Virus record (IMG/VR): IMGVR_UViG_3300033562_000103
Span: 1-42,886 of that record
Strand: one strand, 5' to 3'
DNA: 42,886 nt
DNA from: a virus
Lineage: Duplodnaviria > Caudoviricetes
The notes under the pieces are model-generated. The model saw nothing but the letters and a program-made list of their open reading frames with translations, ran no database searches and was not told the origin of the DNA. Made by a program: the position numbers and the translations under genes. Shown one piece after another: positions 35,317 through 42,886 of the stretch. Numbering within the stretch: position 1 is the stretch's first letter; the number at the start of each line of letters is the position of its first letter.

Positions 35317-35472
35317 TTACTTGGTGTCTTCTGAAACTTCTTCAACATCATTTACAGTTTTTAGAAAGGAAATTTCCTTCTTATCATCGGTTTGGTATTT
35401 TCCATTTCTAAATTCAATCATTTTACCTTCATTGTAAACTGTAAATCCTAGATATTTGCTTTTAAATTTCAC
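35317..35472 (-). CDS. Small capsid-associated protein (51 aa, not in ORF track)
   Basis: MKFKSKYLGFTVYNEGKMIEFRNGKYQTDDKKEISFLK...; AGGAGG RBS right after the MCP gene. Confidence 0.7.
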   Translation of the reverse strand: MKFKSKYLGFTVYNEGKMIEFRNGKYQTDDKKEISFLKTVNDVEEVSEDTK

Positions 35473-35483
35473 TTAATTTCCTC

Positions 35484-36575
35484 CTAGGTTGTTTTAAGGT
35501 TCTTAATTCTTGCGTGGGCCTCTTCTTGGTTGAACTCCAAGGTATACTCGCCAATGATTTGACCTTTCATGTTATCGCCTGTCTTTCCAAGGTACTCATG
35601 GCTAAATGTGCGACCAGTTAAAGGTTTAATCTTAATTCTATTGGTATCAAGTACCATAGCTTCGTCAGGCTTAAAGTTAATGTTAGGAATAATGTTAAGC
35701 GTTCCGTAATTGGTGGTGATAGAAGTAATATTACGGCCTGTACCGTTTGCATCGTTGGTAGTGCGTACAAGGTCTTTGTCTAGCTTGGTAATCTTGGTGT
35801 TTTGGATTGCGGAACACATTAATACATGATTAGTTGCATCTTTCATGCCACCGTTTTTGTAAATCTTGTACATTTCATTATTAATCATATCCCATGTCAA
35901 ATCTGCTGCGCTTGCATCGGTCACGTTGGTAATGATGGAATTTCTAAAACCGCCCATCATTCGGCGATCACCAGATTGGAATTTAATGCCGTTAACTACT
36001 GCATTTTCTAGTTCTAATGCCAAACGATCTTGAACTTTCATGCGTTCATACATATATAAATCATCAATGGCGTACTGGCTAACTGCTTGTGCTGTTCCGC
36101 TAATCTTTACGGTATCGTCGAAAATTTGAGTGTAGTTATCTTTGTTTACTCTTGCTTTGTATTTGCTATCACGGGCATCCGCACCCTCGTCCTGTAAGTT
36201 GAACATAATTTCTACTAATGCGTTATCCAATGCGCTTGCAGCGGTTGTTCCACCATATCCCCTTGAAACAGTTAGGGTATTAGTTGCAACACCTGTAACA
36301 AGCAATAATTCTTCACCAATACGGATTACTTGGTCAGTTCTGAAAAGATCACCAGTGTCGACTACTACGCTTGTAGCAACGTTTGTTAATGCACCATTAA
36401 GTTGGTCATTCATTGAATTAAGTCTATCTTCGATCCATCCATAAGCTGTCTGCGTTACTGGAGTTGAAAAACCAATTAATGATAACACTGGAATTTGATA
36501 AGGATTCAGCAATAATAATTCGTCACTAATATCCTCTTTCTTGCCTACGATTAATCTGCTTTGAATTTGTCCCAT
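35484..36575 (-). CDS. Major capsid protein (SU10/DUF5309-like, HK97 fold)
   Basis: KEDISD...WIED.L...EGADA...NYTQIF...LGKTGD....IIGEYTLE; follows the scaffold gene. Confidence 0.88.
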   Translation of the reverse strand: MGQIQSRLIVGKKEDISDELLLLNPYQIPVLSLIGFSTPVTQTAYGWIEDRLNSMNDQLNGALTNVATSVVVDTGDLFRTDQVIRIGEELLLVTGVATNTLTVSRGYGGTTAASALDNALVEIMFNLQDEGADARDSKYKARVNKDNYTQIFDDTVKISGTAQAVSQYAIDDLYMYERMKVQDRLALELENAVVNGIKFQSGDRRMMGGFRNSIITNVTDASAADLTWDMINNEMYKIYKNGGMKDATNHVLMCSAIQNTKITKLDKDLVRTTNDANGTGRNITSITTNYGTLNIIPNINFKPDEAMVLDTNRIKIKPLTGRTFSHEYLGKTGDNMKGQIIGEYTLEFNQEEAHARIKNLKTT

Positions 36576-36588
36576 TTATAAATCACTC

Positions 36589-37275
36589 CTATTCGTTTTC
36601 GTTTGTTCCTTGTTTTGCTTTCATGTAGGCCATTCTATCGTCAGGTTTACCGCTTTTTGCTTTATCGGCTAACGCCTGAAGGTTTGCGTTTTGCACGTTG
36701 CCATTTCCACCATTAAGCCCAGTTCCGATTGTTACAGGTTTGCCAAACATGTCAGGCTTTGATTTGTAGATGGATTCCACAATATCATCAATACCGTTAT
36801 ATGTACCATCGCTGTTGGACGTAATTTTATCAATGTTTTTTGATACATGCCATTCCAGTTCTTCCATATAATCATTTTTGGGGTGCTTTGAAAAAATCTT
36901 CTCCATCGCTTTAAACTTTTTAAGATTATTTGTTTCGCGTTGTTGCCACTCTGTTTCCTTGGCGGTTAGTGTCTCGCCAAATTCTTTTTGAGTTGCAGCT
37001 ACTTTTACTTGATATTCTTTTAATTGCTTCTGTAATTCGGGATGCTGATCTGCAAGTTTCTTCATACTTTCAATGGAATTGTTATTATCAGTCAAGGCCG
37101 TATTAAGCGTGTCGACCTGCTCTTTTAGTTCCTTCTTCTGATTATTAACTTCTTCCATCTTTGAGTTAAATTTTTCGATTGGCATTGCCTTTCCCTTATC
37201 GAAAATGTCAACTGCTTTCAGTTTGTTTGCAATTTCAGCACTATATAATTCACCTAGAATTTCTTTTAAATCCAT
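36589..37275 (-). CDS. Capsid scaffolding protein (GP20-like)
   Basis: Coiled coil, P.EKF, GIDD.V...KPDMF, Gly-rich linker; upstream of the MCP gene. Confidence 0.82.
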   Translation of the reverse strand: MDLKEILGELYSAEIANKLKAVDIFDKGKAMPIEKFNSKMEEVNNQKKELKEQVDTLNTALTDNNNSIESMKKLADQHPELQKQLKEYQVKVAATQKEFGETLTAKETEWQQRETNNLKKFKAMEKIFSKHPKNDYMEELEWHVSKNIDKITSNSDGTYNGIDDIVESIYKSKPDMFGKPVTIGTGLNGGNGNVQNANLQALADKAKSGKPDDRMAYMKAKQGTNENE

Positions 37276-37293
37276 GTTTAACCCCTTTCTATT

Positions 37294-37321
37294 AGCCTTT
37301 TTAAAGTGGTTGGCTCCACCT
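37294..37321 (-). ncRNA. Putative H-type pseudoknot in the scaffold 5' UTR
   Basis: AGGTGG-AGCC-AA-CCACTT-TAAAAA-GGCT: stem 1 AGGUGG/CCACUU, stem 2 AGCC/GGCU. Confidence 0.5.
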
Positions 37322-37335
37322 AATAGATTAATTAT

Positions 37336-37375
37336 ATTATAGCATAAAAGAAAAAAGAGTGCGTTAACACTCTTT
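37336..37375 (-). promoter_or_regulatory. Terminator fused to extended -10 promoter (cassette 4, upstream of scaffold/MCP)
   Basis: AAAGAGTG-ttaacg-CACTCTTT-tttctttt-ATGCTATAAT. Confidence 0.72.
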
Positions 37376-37382
37376 AATATGT

Positions 37383-37784
37383 TTATTTTAATAAGTTTTT
37401 ATTTTCGTGAATGTTCCCTATTACAGTTAATGACATATTATTATTATATTCGCATTTATCATATTGCCATAACGGAAATACCATCCCCTCTGCCAATACA
37501 CCACCTTTAATTATCTTGCATCCCCACTGGTAATGGTTGGATCGAACTATTTCAATAATATTTCCATTATCATCTTTACAAATATCACCTTGATAAATAT
37601 CTTTCAATCCTGTAAATTGCCCAACTGTTTCTTTTTTAACTTCATAACTTCTACATTCACATATTTCTGAATTATATTTACCTATATATTTTACTATTCT
37701 AGTTTGTACATTATCGCTAATTAAATAACCGTATTCGAATTCGTTATTATCTAATCTTTGACCTCTAAACATTATCTCTATCAT
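37383..37784 (-). CDS. YopX family protein (second copy)
   Basis: IMFRGQRLDN...ETVGQFTG...IYQGDI...VIGNIHEN. Confidence 0.88.
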   Translation of the reverse strand: MIEIMFRGQRLDNNEFEYGYLISDNVQTRIVKYIGKYNSEICECRSYEVKKETVGQFTGLKDIYQGDICKDDNGNIIEIVRSNHYQWGCKIIKGGVLAEGMVFPLWQYDKCEYNNNMSLTVIGNIHENKNLLK

Positions 37785-37805
37785 ATTAAAAACCTCCATA
37801 TATTT

Positions 37806-38207
37806 TTATAATATTTCAATTACATCATTACTGTAACACACTTTAGCCTTAATACTACCCATCATAACAGCGCCATATTCATTCTTGGCACGATACGTCA
37901 TAAATACGATTATATCATCACCTTGCTTACTGTAGCGAGTTTCAACGTGTTCGAAACTCTTAGGATCATTTAGTCTTGGCTTGATAAGTTGCACTAGTTT
38001 AATGTGCCGGCCGTCAAGTTTGCTAAATTGGCTTTCAATCCATCCATCATGCTTGCTGAATTGTGTTTCTGTTTTAATTTCTGCGCTTTCATTCGATCCG
38101 AATATTACGAAATATCCAAATGCTGTTAATAATAGTAATGGCATGCTTACGATTGCTATAAACATATAACCTCTTAATTTGTTTTTTAGTGTTGATTGAT
38201 TGTTCAT
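37806..38207 (-). CDS. Membrane-anchored exported hypothetical protein
   Basis: N-terminal TM; LNDPKSFEHVET...YRAKNEYGA. Confidence 0.7.
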   Translation of the reverse strand: MNNQSTLKNKLRGYMFIAIVSMPLLLLTAFGYFVIFGSNESAEIKTETQFSKHDGWIESQFSKLDGRHIKLVQLIKPRLNDPKSFEHVETRYSKQGDDIIVFMTYRAKNEYGAVMMGSIKAKVCYSNDVIEIL

Positions 38208-38208
38208 C

Positions 38209-38559
38209 TTAAATTCCTCCAACGACAATCAGTTTATAGATAATCTTTGCTATTTGTTCTATTGACCGCTCGTGAAACCTAATATACATAGTGTTAGCAA
38301 ATTTGTTTTCTGGTGTGTCCAATACCTCACTGGCTGTAAAATATTCATCCCTATGGACTAAATGCAGCATTTCATGAATTAATGCCAGTTCTTTTTCCAC
38401 ATCGCTTAATGATCTGCTTATTTTTATTACCGCCCTATTATCATTGTATAACATTCTTGCATGTCCATCACAGTCTAAACATTCTTCCTCAATCAATTGA
38501 ATCTGCCAATTTTGTACATTTAATATCTTTTTATATTTTTCTAATTTATTTTGTAACAT
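38209..38559 (-). CDS. HExxH metallopeptidase-like protein
   Basis: LALIHEMLHLVH...E. Confidence 0.65.
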   Translation of the reverse strand: MLQNKLEKYKKILNVQNWQIQLIEEECLDCDGHARMLYNDNRAVIKISRSLSDVEKELALIHEMLHLVHRDEYFTASEVLDTPENKFANTMYIRFHERSIEQIAKIIYKLIVVGGI

Positions 38560-38575
38560 TTTACACTCTCCTATT

Positions 38576-39505
38576 TTAACTTAAGTATTTAGCTGCCCAT
38601 TCATCAAAGTTTACATCTGCTTGAATGTATTCTGTTTTTCCTGTTTCTAAATCTTTCGCTATACGTTTTCCTATGAAGTCATTAAAGTATGCAACTGTTG
38701 TCGATCTGCAATTCGGGTGCTTTGGTGGAGCATTAAGTCCTGCCATCATATCAACAACTTTAAATACTCGCAAATCGAATTCCTGGCACACAGTACTAGT
38801 CCTATCATCCAATGTAGCAACATACTGATATTCGTCAATCCCTGTTTCTTTGTATGTTGCCTTATCGCTCGCAGTCATAACCGCTGCTGTTTCCGTCCTA
38901 ATTAACCGTGTAGCGTTTTTAACTGATATGTTTAACACTTTAGCCAACGAACTACTCATTTGTTGTACAGAGTCACCACGAATTAATCCACTGGTGATTT
39001 CTTGCTTTAGTTTAGTTACCAATTTTAATTTATTGTCATATATTCTATCCGAAAAACTGGCTCCACTCCAAGGATAACTTATTGCCTGCTTAATGGCCTG
39101 TTCATTGACTCCTGCCATACTTTTATAAATATTCGTACCATTCGCAAAGTCATATAATCCTTGAATGTTATTACTTTTGTATGTTTCTACTAAATGTTTA
39201 GTCAGATTTGATTCCTGCTTGACAAACAAATCGTCAATTTTTGGCTTTAAATCTGTCATTAGCGTTACTACTCTGTTTTGTGAGTATGTTAACGTTTTAC
39301 CTTGCTCAATTTTACCGTAAAATGTATACAACTCTTTTTCTAATTCCGATTGAACTTTTAGATATTCTTTAATAGTTCGCTTTTCTAGATTGTCGGTATC
39401 GGTCCAGTATTTCGATGTGCGTTTTTTATTGCGCTTAATCCAGTAATCTTGGTCAGGTATGGTTATTTCTGTTTCTTGGTTGTTGATTATTGCTGTTATT
39501 ATCAT
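38576..39505 (-). CDS. Head morphogenesis protein (SPP1 gp7 / Mu gpF family)
   Basis: WSG..FSDRI, RLIRTE, ATLDDRTS..C, PPKHPNCRS. Confidence 0.92.
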   Translation of the reverse strand: MIITAIINNQETEITIPDQDYWIKRNKKRTSKYWTDTDNLEKRTIKEYLKVQSELEKELYTFYGKIEQGKTLTYSQNRVVTLMTDLKPKIDDLFVKQESNLTKHLVETYKSNNIQGLYDFANGTNIYKSMAGVNEQAIKQAISYPWSGASFSDRIYDNKLKLVTKLKQEITSGLIRGDSVQQMSSSLAKVLNISVKNATRLIRTETAAVMTASDKATYKETGIDEYQYVATLDDRTSTVCQEFDLRVFKVVDMMAGLNAPPKHPNCRSTTVAYFNDFIGKRIAKDLETGKTEYIQADVNFDEWAAKYLS

Positions 39506-39627
39506 TGTTTCTCCTTGTAATTTTTACATATAATGCAAGGTGTTTTAATTAAAAACTCACACTGTTTATCTACCATATGTTTACATGGGTGGTCTTTATT
39601 GAAATTGATTAATTCTTTTTTATTCAT
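39502..39627 (-). CDS. Small Cys-rich hypothetical protein (41 aa, not in ORF track)
   Basis: MNKKELINFNKDHPCKHMVDKQCEFLIKTPCIICKNYKEKQ; coupled at both ends. Confidence 0.5.
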   Translation of the reverse strand: MNKKELINFNKDHPCKHMVDKQCEFLIKTPCIICKNYKEKQ

Positions 39628-40067
39628 TATTTTTCCTCCAAGTTAACAAAATCATACATGTTACACAATAAAGCAATTTTACAAATTAACAACGGTAAAT
39701 GTTTTCCCTCTATTTCTTCTATATCGTCCATATACTCCGTAGAATATGCTGAGACATTATAGATTTCATTGTCCATAGCAATTGTTAAGTATATGCCGTT
39801 TTTGCGTAGTAGTTCTACTAAAATCCACGCTTTATCAATCCTTATGCTGTATTCTGTCATCCCCCAAAATAATAGTTTATCTTTATCTCCATTAAAATTG
39901 TTAAAATCATCACCGCTAGGAATAAATGAATTTCCTGCTAATATTTTTTTAATTGCACCATCGTACCATTTATAATCTATCCATTTCCAGTTAAAAATTT
40001 TTTCTGAAATAGTTGCATCCATTTCAGCACCTTCGACCATTTCTAATATTTCTTGCCTGTTCATCAT
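39627..40067 (-). CDS. Phage ABA-sandwich (BC1872-like) protein
   Basis: G.EMDA.I.EKIF.W...YS..I..AW.LVE.L...PLLICKIAL. Confidence 0.72.
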   Translation of the reverse strand: MMNRQEILEMVEGAEMDATISEKIFNWKWIDYKWYDGAIKKILAGNSFIPSGDDFNNFNGDKDKLLFWGMTEYSIRIDKAWILVELLRKNGIYLTIAMDNEIYNVSAYSTEYMDDIEEIEGKHLPLLICKIALLCNMYDFVNLEEK

Positions 40068-40222
40068 TTACTCACCCTCTCAATAATAATCCTACCATCC
40101 TCAACACAAGTATAAACCGTATCACCTTCTTTTAATTTTAATTCTTTTAGTTGCTCGGTTAGTCTTAGGATTAGCGAGTTGGCACATTTTCCTATTTTTA
40201 GGTATTTTTGATTTGATTTCAT
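40064..40222 (-). CDS. AbrB/MazE-type DNA-binding protein (52 aa, not in ORF track)
   Basis: KIGKCANSLILRLTEQLKELKLKEGDTVYTCVEDGRIIIER; ATGA overlaps at both ends. Confidence 0.75.
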   Translation of the reverse strand: MKSNQKYLKIGKCANSLILRLTEQLKELKLKEGDTVYTCVEDGRIIIERVSK

Positions 40223-40854
40223 GTGTTATCACCTGCCCATTGCATCGCCATTGCTTTTGCTATTCCCTGGAATGTTTTACTTCTTAATTTTGCACGTTCT
40301 GCTGATGGAAATTTCATTGTATCCATATGCCACTTACTATCGGTACCTTTGCCGTTTTTATAAACTATAATATTTGGTTCTACGTGGTTTTTAACATCGT
40401 GCTTTAATGGTTCTAATCCTTTTATCCATAAGCAAGTTGATTTTCTTTCTGCATCCCCAAAATAGTAAGGGTGTATTATTTGATTTGGTTTTCTCCAAGC
40501 GGTTGACATGTGACCTATTGGATTTTCTATCGCAATACGTTCACAATCAGTGTTTGCAAACAACATAAAGAATTTTACTGCATCTTCTCTATCTTTATAT
40601 CGTTGTATTGCCTTTTCTCCATATCTTTCAATATTGAACCACCTATTACCTGTTACCGTTAAGTAAGTACATGGAGGAAAAGCAATAATCATATCCCAAT
40701 GTTCTTTTAACAATTCCGTTACGTCTTGTTGCAAGTGCCATTCTTCATGTCCCCCACTACATGGTTCAATGTCACAGCTATACGCTTCGTGTCCTAACTT
40801 TCTTAGTTCTATAGTTACCGCTTGGCTTTCCTCACATGCTACAAGTATTTTCAT
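40219..40854 (-). CDS. Short DNA cytosine methyltransferase-like protein
   Basis: ILVACEES, SCD, AFPPCT, IENP, RSKTF.GIAKAMA.QW. Confidence 0.8.
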   Translation of the reverse strand: MKILVACEESQAVTIELRKLGHEAYSCDIEPCSGGHEEWHLQQDVTELLKEHWDMIIAFPPCTYLTVTGNRWFNIERYGEKAIQRYKDREDAVKFFMLFANTDCERIAIENPIGHMSTAWRKPNQIIHPYYFGDAERKSTCLWIKGLEPLKHDVKNHVEPNIIVYKNGKGTDSKWHMDTMKFPSAERAKLRSKTFQGIAKAMAMQWAGDNT

Positions 40855-41081
40855 AAATTAACACCTGACTTTTTCAATATCTTAAAAATTCTTTCCAATT
40901 GGTCTTTTAAATTTAATCCTAAATCTCCGGAGATTTCAGTTTCATCCTTTATGCTTAAATAATCTTGATACTCAATCCTAATATCATAAGCTAATTTGTT
41001 CAATGCTTCTGTTTTCTTCCTTTCTGTGTATGAATCCATCATTTTTAACAAATCGTTACATGATTTACATTCTTTTTCCAT
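40851..41081 (-). CDS. Hypothetical protein
   Basis: 76-aa ORF with AAGGAG RBS; first gene after the promoter. Confidence 0.6.
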   Translation of the reverse strand: MEKECKSCNDLLKMMDSYTERKKTEALNKLAYDIRIEYQDYLSIKDETEISGDLGLNLKDQLERIFKILKKSGVNL

Positions 41082-41114
41082 TTAAAGCACTCCTTAATAT
41101 TTAACTCATAACTT

Positions 41115-41143
41115 ATTATAACATATCCATACATATCCGTCAA
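41115..41143 (-). promoter_or_regulatory. Strong SigA-type promoter of the island inserted after the portal gene
   Basis: TTGACG-17 bp-TATAAT with TATG extension; ACATATCC repeated twice in the spacer; preceded by the terminator GAATGG/CCATTC plus Ts (41152-41174). Confidence 0.8.
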
Positions 41144-41184
41144 CAACAAATAAAAAGAATGGTTTTACCCATTCAATCTATTAA

Positions 41185-42618
41185 TTATACTAATGCAGTT
41201 TGCTTTTCCTTCATAGCTAAATTAAATTGCTCCATCTGCTTTTCTTCTTGTGCTTTCATACGTTCATCTTCCATTCTGGGATCATCTACATAAGGGTGCT
41301 TCGCTATAATCGTTTCATCGCTAATTAATCCTTTGGACTTGGCTAGTGACTCAATAATTTCAGCTTCATTTGTAATCATATTTTTACTGAATGTAAACTT
41401 AATTTCTTTATAATTGATACTTGCACCGAACTTTCGGTTATAGTCCTCTACAATAAACCACATGAATTCATATAATGCCTTGTGCATCTTTCTTATGCTC
41501 GCACTACATTTAAGGTCTAGTGCGCCATATAGCATTTTAAGAGCAATGCCAGTAATTGATGTTCCTATCTTTTCTGGATTGGTATCGACCCCTTGTCCTA
41601 TCATAAAGATATTGTCTTTTAAGTTTTTCAATGCTGCCTGTCTTGCTTCTACTGGTATTTCTGATTTCAATACGTCAATATTTCCAGTCGGATCATCAAT
41701 CTTAACAATGCCAGTACCTCTGAAACATGTTAGTATTTCATCGGCAGACGTTCCGCTATATCCCATTACCTTTACTAATATTTCCCTTACATCTGCCAAC
41801 TGATTTACAAACTCCGACATAAGCAAGTCGTATGCATCAATAAACCCTTTAATATCCACTAAATCGCTTGATTCTTCGTCGTTGTTGAATAGTTGCACAA
41901 ACGGAACTTTGCCCCATGCATAACCTTCCACAAAATCAGGAGCATTATCAATACTGTATGTCCAATGTGGTAACGCCCCCATAAATACAAAACCACCTGT
42001 TTGATCTTCTGTATAATACTTTACTTCTTTTTCGTTCCACCATTCTACCTTTTTTCGCACTACTAATTTATTGTTTTCGGTGGCGTTGAACGAATAATAA
42101 CGGACAACTTCCTGCAATTCCTTTTTAAAATTGTCTTTATATACTGGAATTATTTCTTCGCTTGGTATGATTGCGTATTTTAATTCGCCGTCTTTGTCAT
42201 AATAAAAGTTAACGTAGGACCTACCCTTCTTACGCGCTTCTTTTAGCCACATTACATTATTATCATCGTAATCAAACATTAAAATATCGTCTAGGTACTC
42301 TTTGAACTTATCATCATCATGAGCGTACGAAATACTATTTCCTGTCACATAATTTACGGCCTGATTAATTAGTAGTTTCAAAAAGTTATGGCTAATCCTG
42401 TGGTTGCTACGATTATTATTAGTTTTTGTTATCCCATCTGCAACATATTGTCTGAAATCTAAATTAAGTACATCATTTTTATTATTGAAATAGTTTTCTG
42501 CTTTTTTCATGAATGATTTACTGGTACTGATTATGTCATTATCTATTAATTGTTTAATTATTGCACTGTCGGTTATTCCTTGCTCCGTTAGTGAGATTAT
42601 ATCTGTTATTGTTGGCAT
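41185..42618 (-). CDS. Portal protein, SPP1 gp6-like
   Basis: NF.KLLINQ.V.Y..G, WGKVPF..L.NN, IDAYD, TGIALK, ISDET...HPYV. Confidence 0.95.
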   Translation of the reverse strand: MPTITDIISLTEQGITDSAIIKQLIDNDIISTSKSFMKKAENYFNNKNDVLNLDFRQYVADGITKTNNNRSNHRISHNFLKLLINQAVNYVTGNSISYAHDDDKFKEYLDDILMFDYDDNNVMWLKEARKKGRSYVNFYYDKDGELKYAIIPSEEIIPVYKDNFKKELQEVVRYYSFNATENNKLVVRKKVEWWNEKEVKYYTEDQTGGFVFMGALPHWTYSIDNAPDFVEGYAWGKVPFVQLFNNDEESSDLVDIKGFIDAYDLLMSEFVNQLADVREILVKVMGYSGTSADEILTCFRGTGIVKIDDPTGNIDVLKSEIPVEARQAALKNLKDNIFMIGQGVDTNPEKIGTSITGIALKMLYGALDLKCSASIRKMHKALYEFMWFIVEDYNRKFGASINYKEIKFTFSKNMITNEAEIIESLAKSKGLISDETIIAKHPYVDDPRMEDERMKAQEEKQMEQFNLAMKEKQTALV

Positions 42619-42851
42619 GTTTTCACCTCATCGCAATACAATAACCATCCTAGTTTTTTAATCCCATTATCATCTCTGCATATATGGACAATAAAATCAT
42701 CTTGTATATTTTCATCTTGTATCCACTTTATAATCTCATCTGCATTATCAAATTTATAAAGTTTTCCCGTTACCCATTCCGACTTCCAACCGCTTTCTTC
42801 CGTTTCGTCACTACGCTGATTTTCATGTTTATATTCAGTAAATTCTTTCAT
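42606..42851 (-). CDS. Hypothetical protein between terL and portal
   Basis: 81-aa ORF with AGGGGTG RBS; its 5' part is duplicated at 1-106. Confidence 0.6.
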   Translation of the reverse strand: MKEFTEYKHENQRSDETEESGWKSEWVTGKLYKFDNADEIIKWIQDENIQDDFIVHICRDDNGIKKLGWLLYCDEVKTCQQ

Positions 42852-42886
42852 GTTTTCACCCCTTTTGATAATTATAGCATAAAGAA
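42746..42886. repeat. Terminal direct repeat, copy 2
   Basis: Identical to 1-141. Confidence 0.95.

Larger units (their letters stand above)
1..42886 (-). mobile_element. Complete circular myovirus-type phage genome (about 42,745 bp unique), candidate phage-plasmid
   Basis: Packaging, head, contractile tail, lysis, recombination and replication modules are all present; the ends overlap exactly; no host genes; a Rep_3/iteron module is present and no integrase is seen. Confidence 0.93.

Noticed and set aside
437-41803. All plus-strand ORFs in the six-frame track
   Set aside because: They are antisense shadows of well-supported minus-strand genes, with no RBS or recognisable motifs.
1-42886. 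Stop-codon reassignment, tRNA genes or introns
   Set aside because: Core genes are intact in the standard code, remaining gaps are explained by small ORFs or regulatory elements, and no cloverleaf or intron signature was noticed.

Overview
The window is an apparently complete, circularly permuted tailed-phage genome of about 42,745 bp. Bases 1-141 are repeated exactly at 42746-42886, most likely an assembly overlap. It is AT-rich and every credible gene lies on the minus strand. It encodes a PBSX-type terminase, SPP1-type portal and gp7, scaffold, an SU10/DUF5309-like major capsid protein, a contractile PBSX/Xkd-type (myovirus) tail, a lysis cassette, RecE/RecT-like recombination genes, two C5 methyltransferase-like genes, and a lambda O-like initiator with an internal iteron origin. 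No integrase or divergent CI repressor is visible. Instead, a plasmid-type replicon sits inside the head module: a Rep_3-like initiator, four tandem 21-bp iterons, AT-rich 12-mers and a coupled Phg_2220_C-HNH fusion. This points to a phage-plasmid. Other unusual features: (1) accessory islands interleaved with virion genes and delimited by a repeated terminator/extended -10 cassette; (2) a structured RNA whose loop is complementary to three flanking sites, resembling P1 c4 or P4 CI logic; (3) an attenuator-like leader before a 1502-aa fibre-like gene; (4) a nested spanin-like gene pair suggesting a diderm Firmicutes (Negativicutes-like) host; (5) a membrane-anchored ComEA-like gene; (6) a shared C-terminal motif on two tail proteins; (7) a probable ATT start codon. 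All family calls come from motif recognition and synteny; no searches were run.
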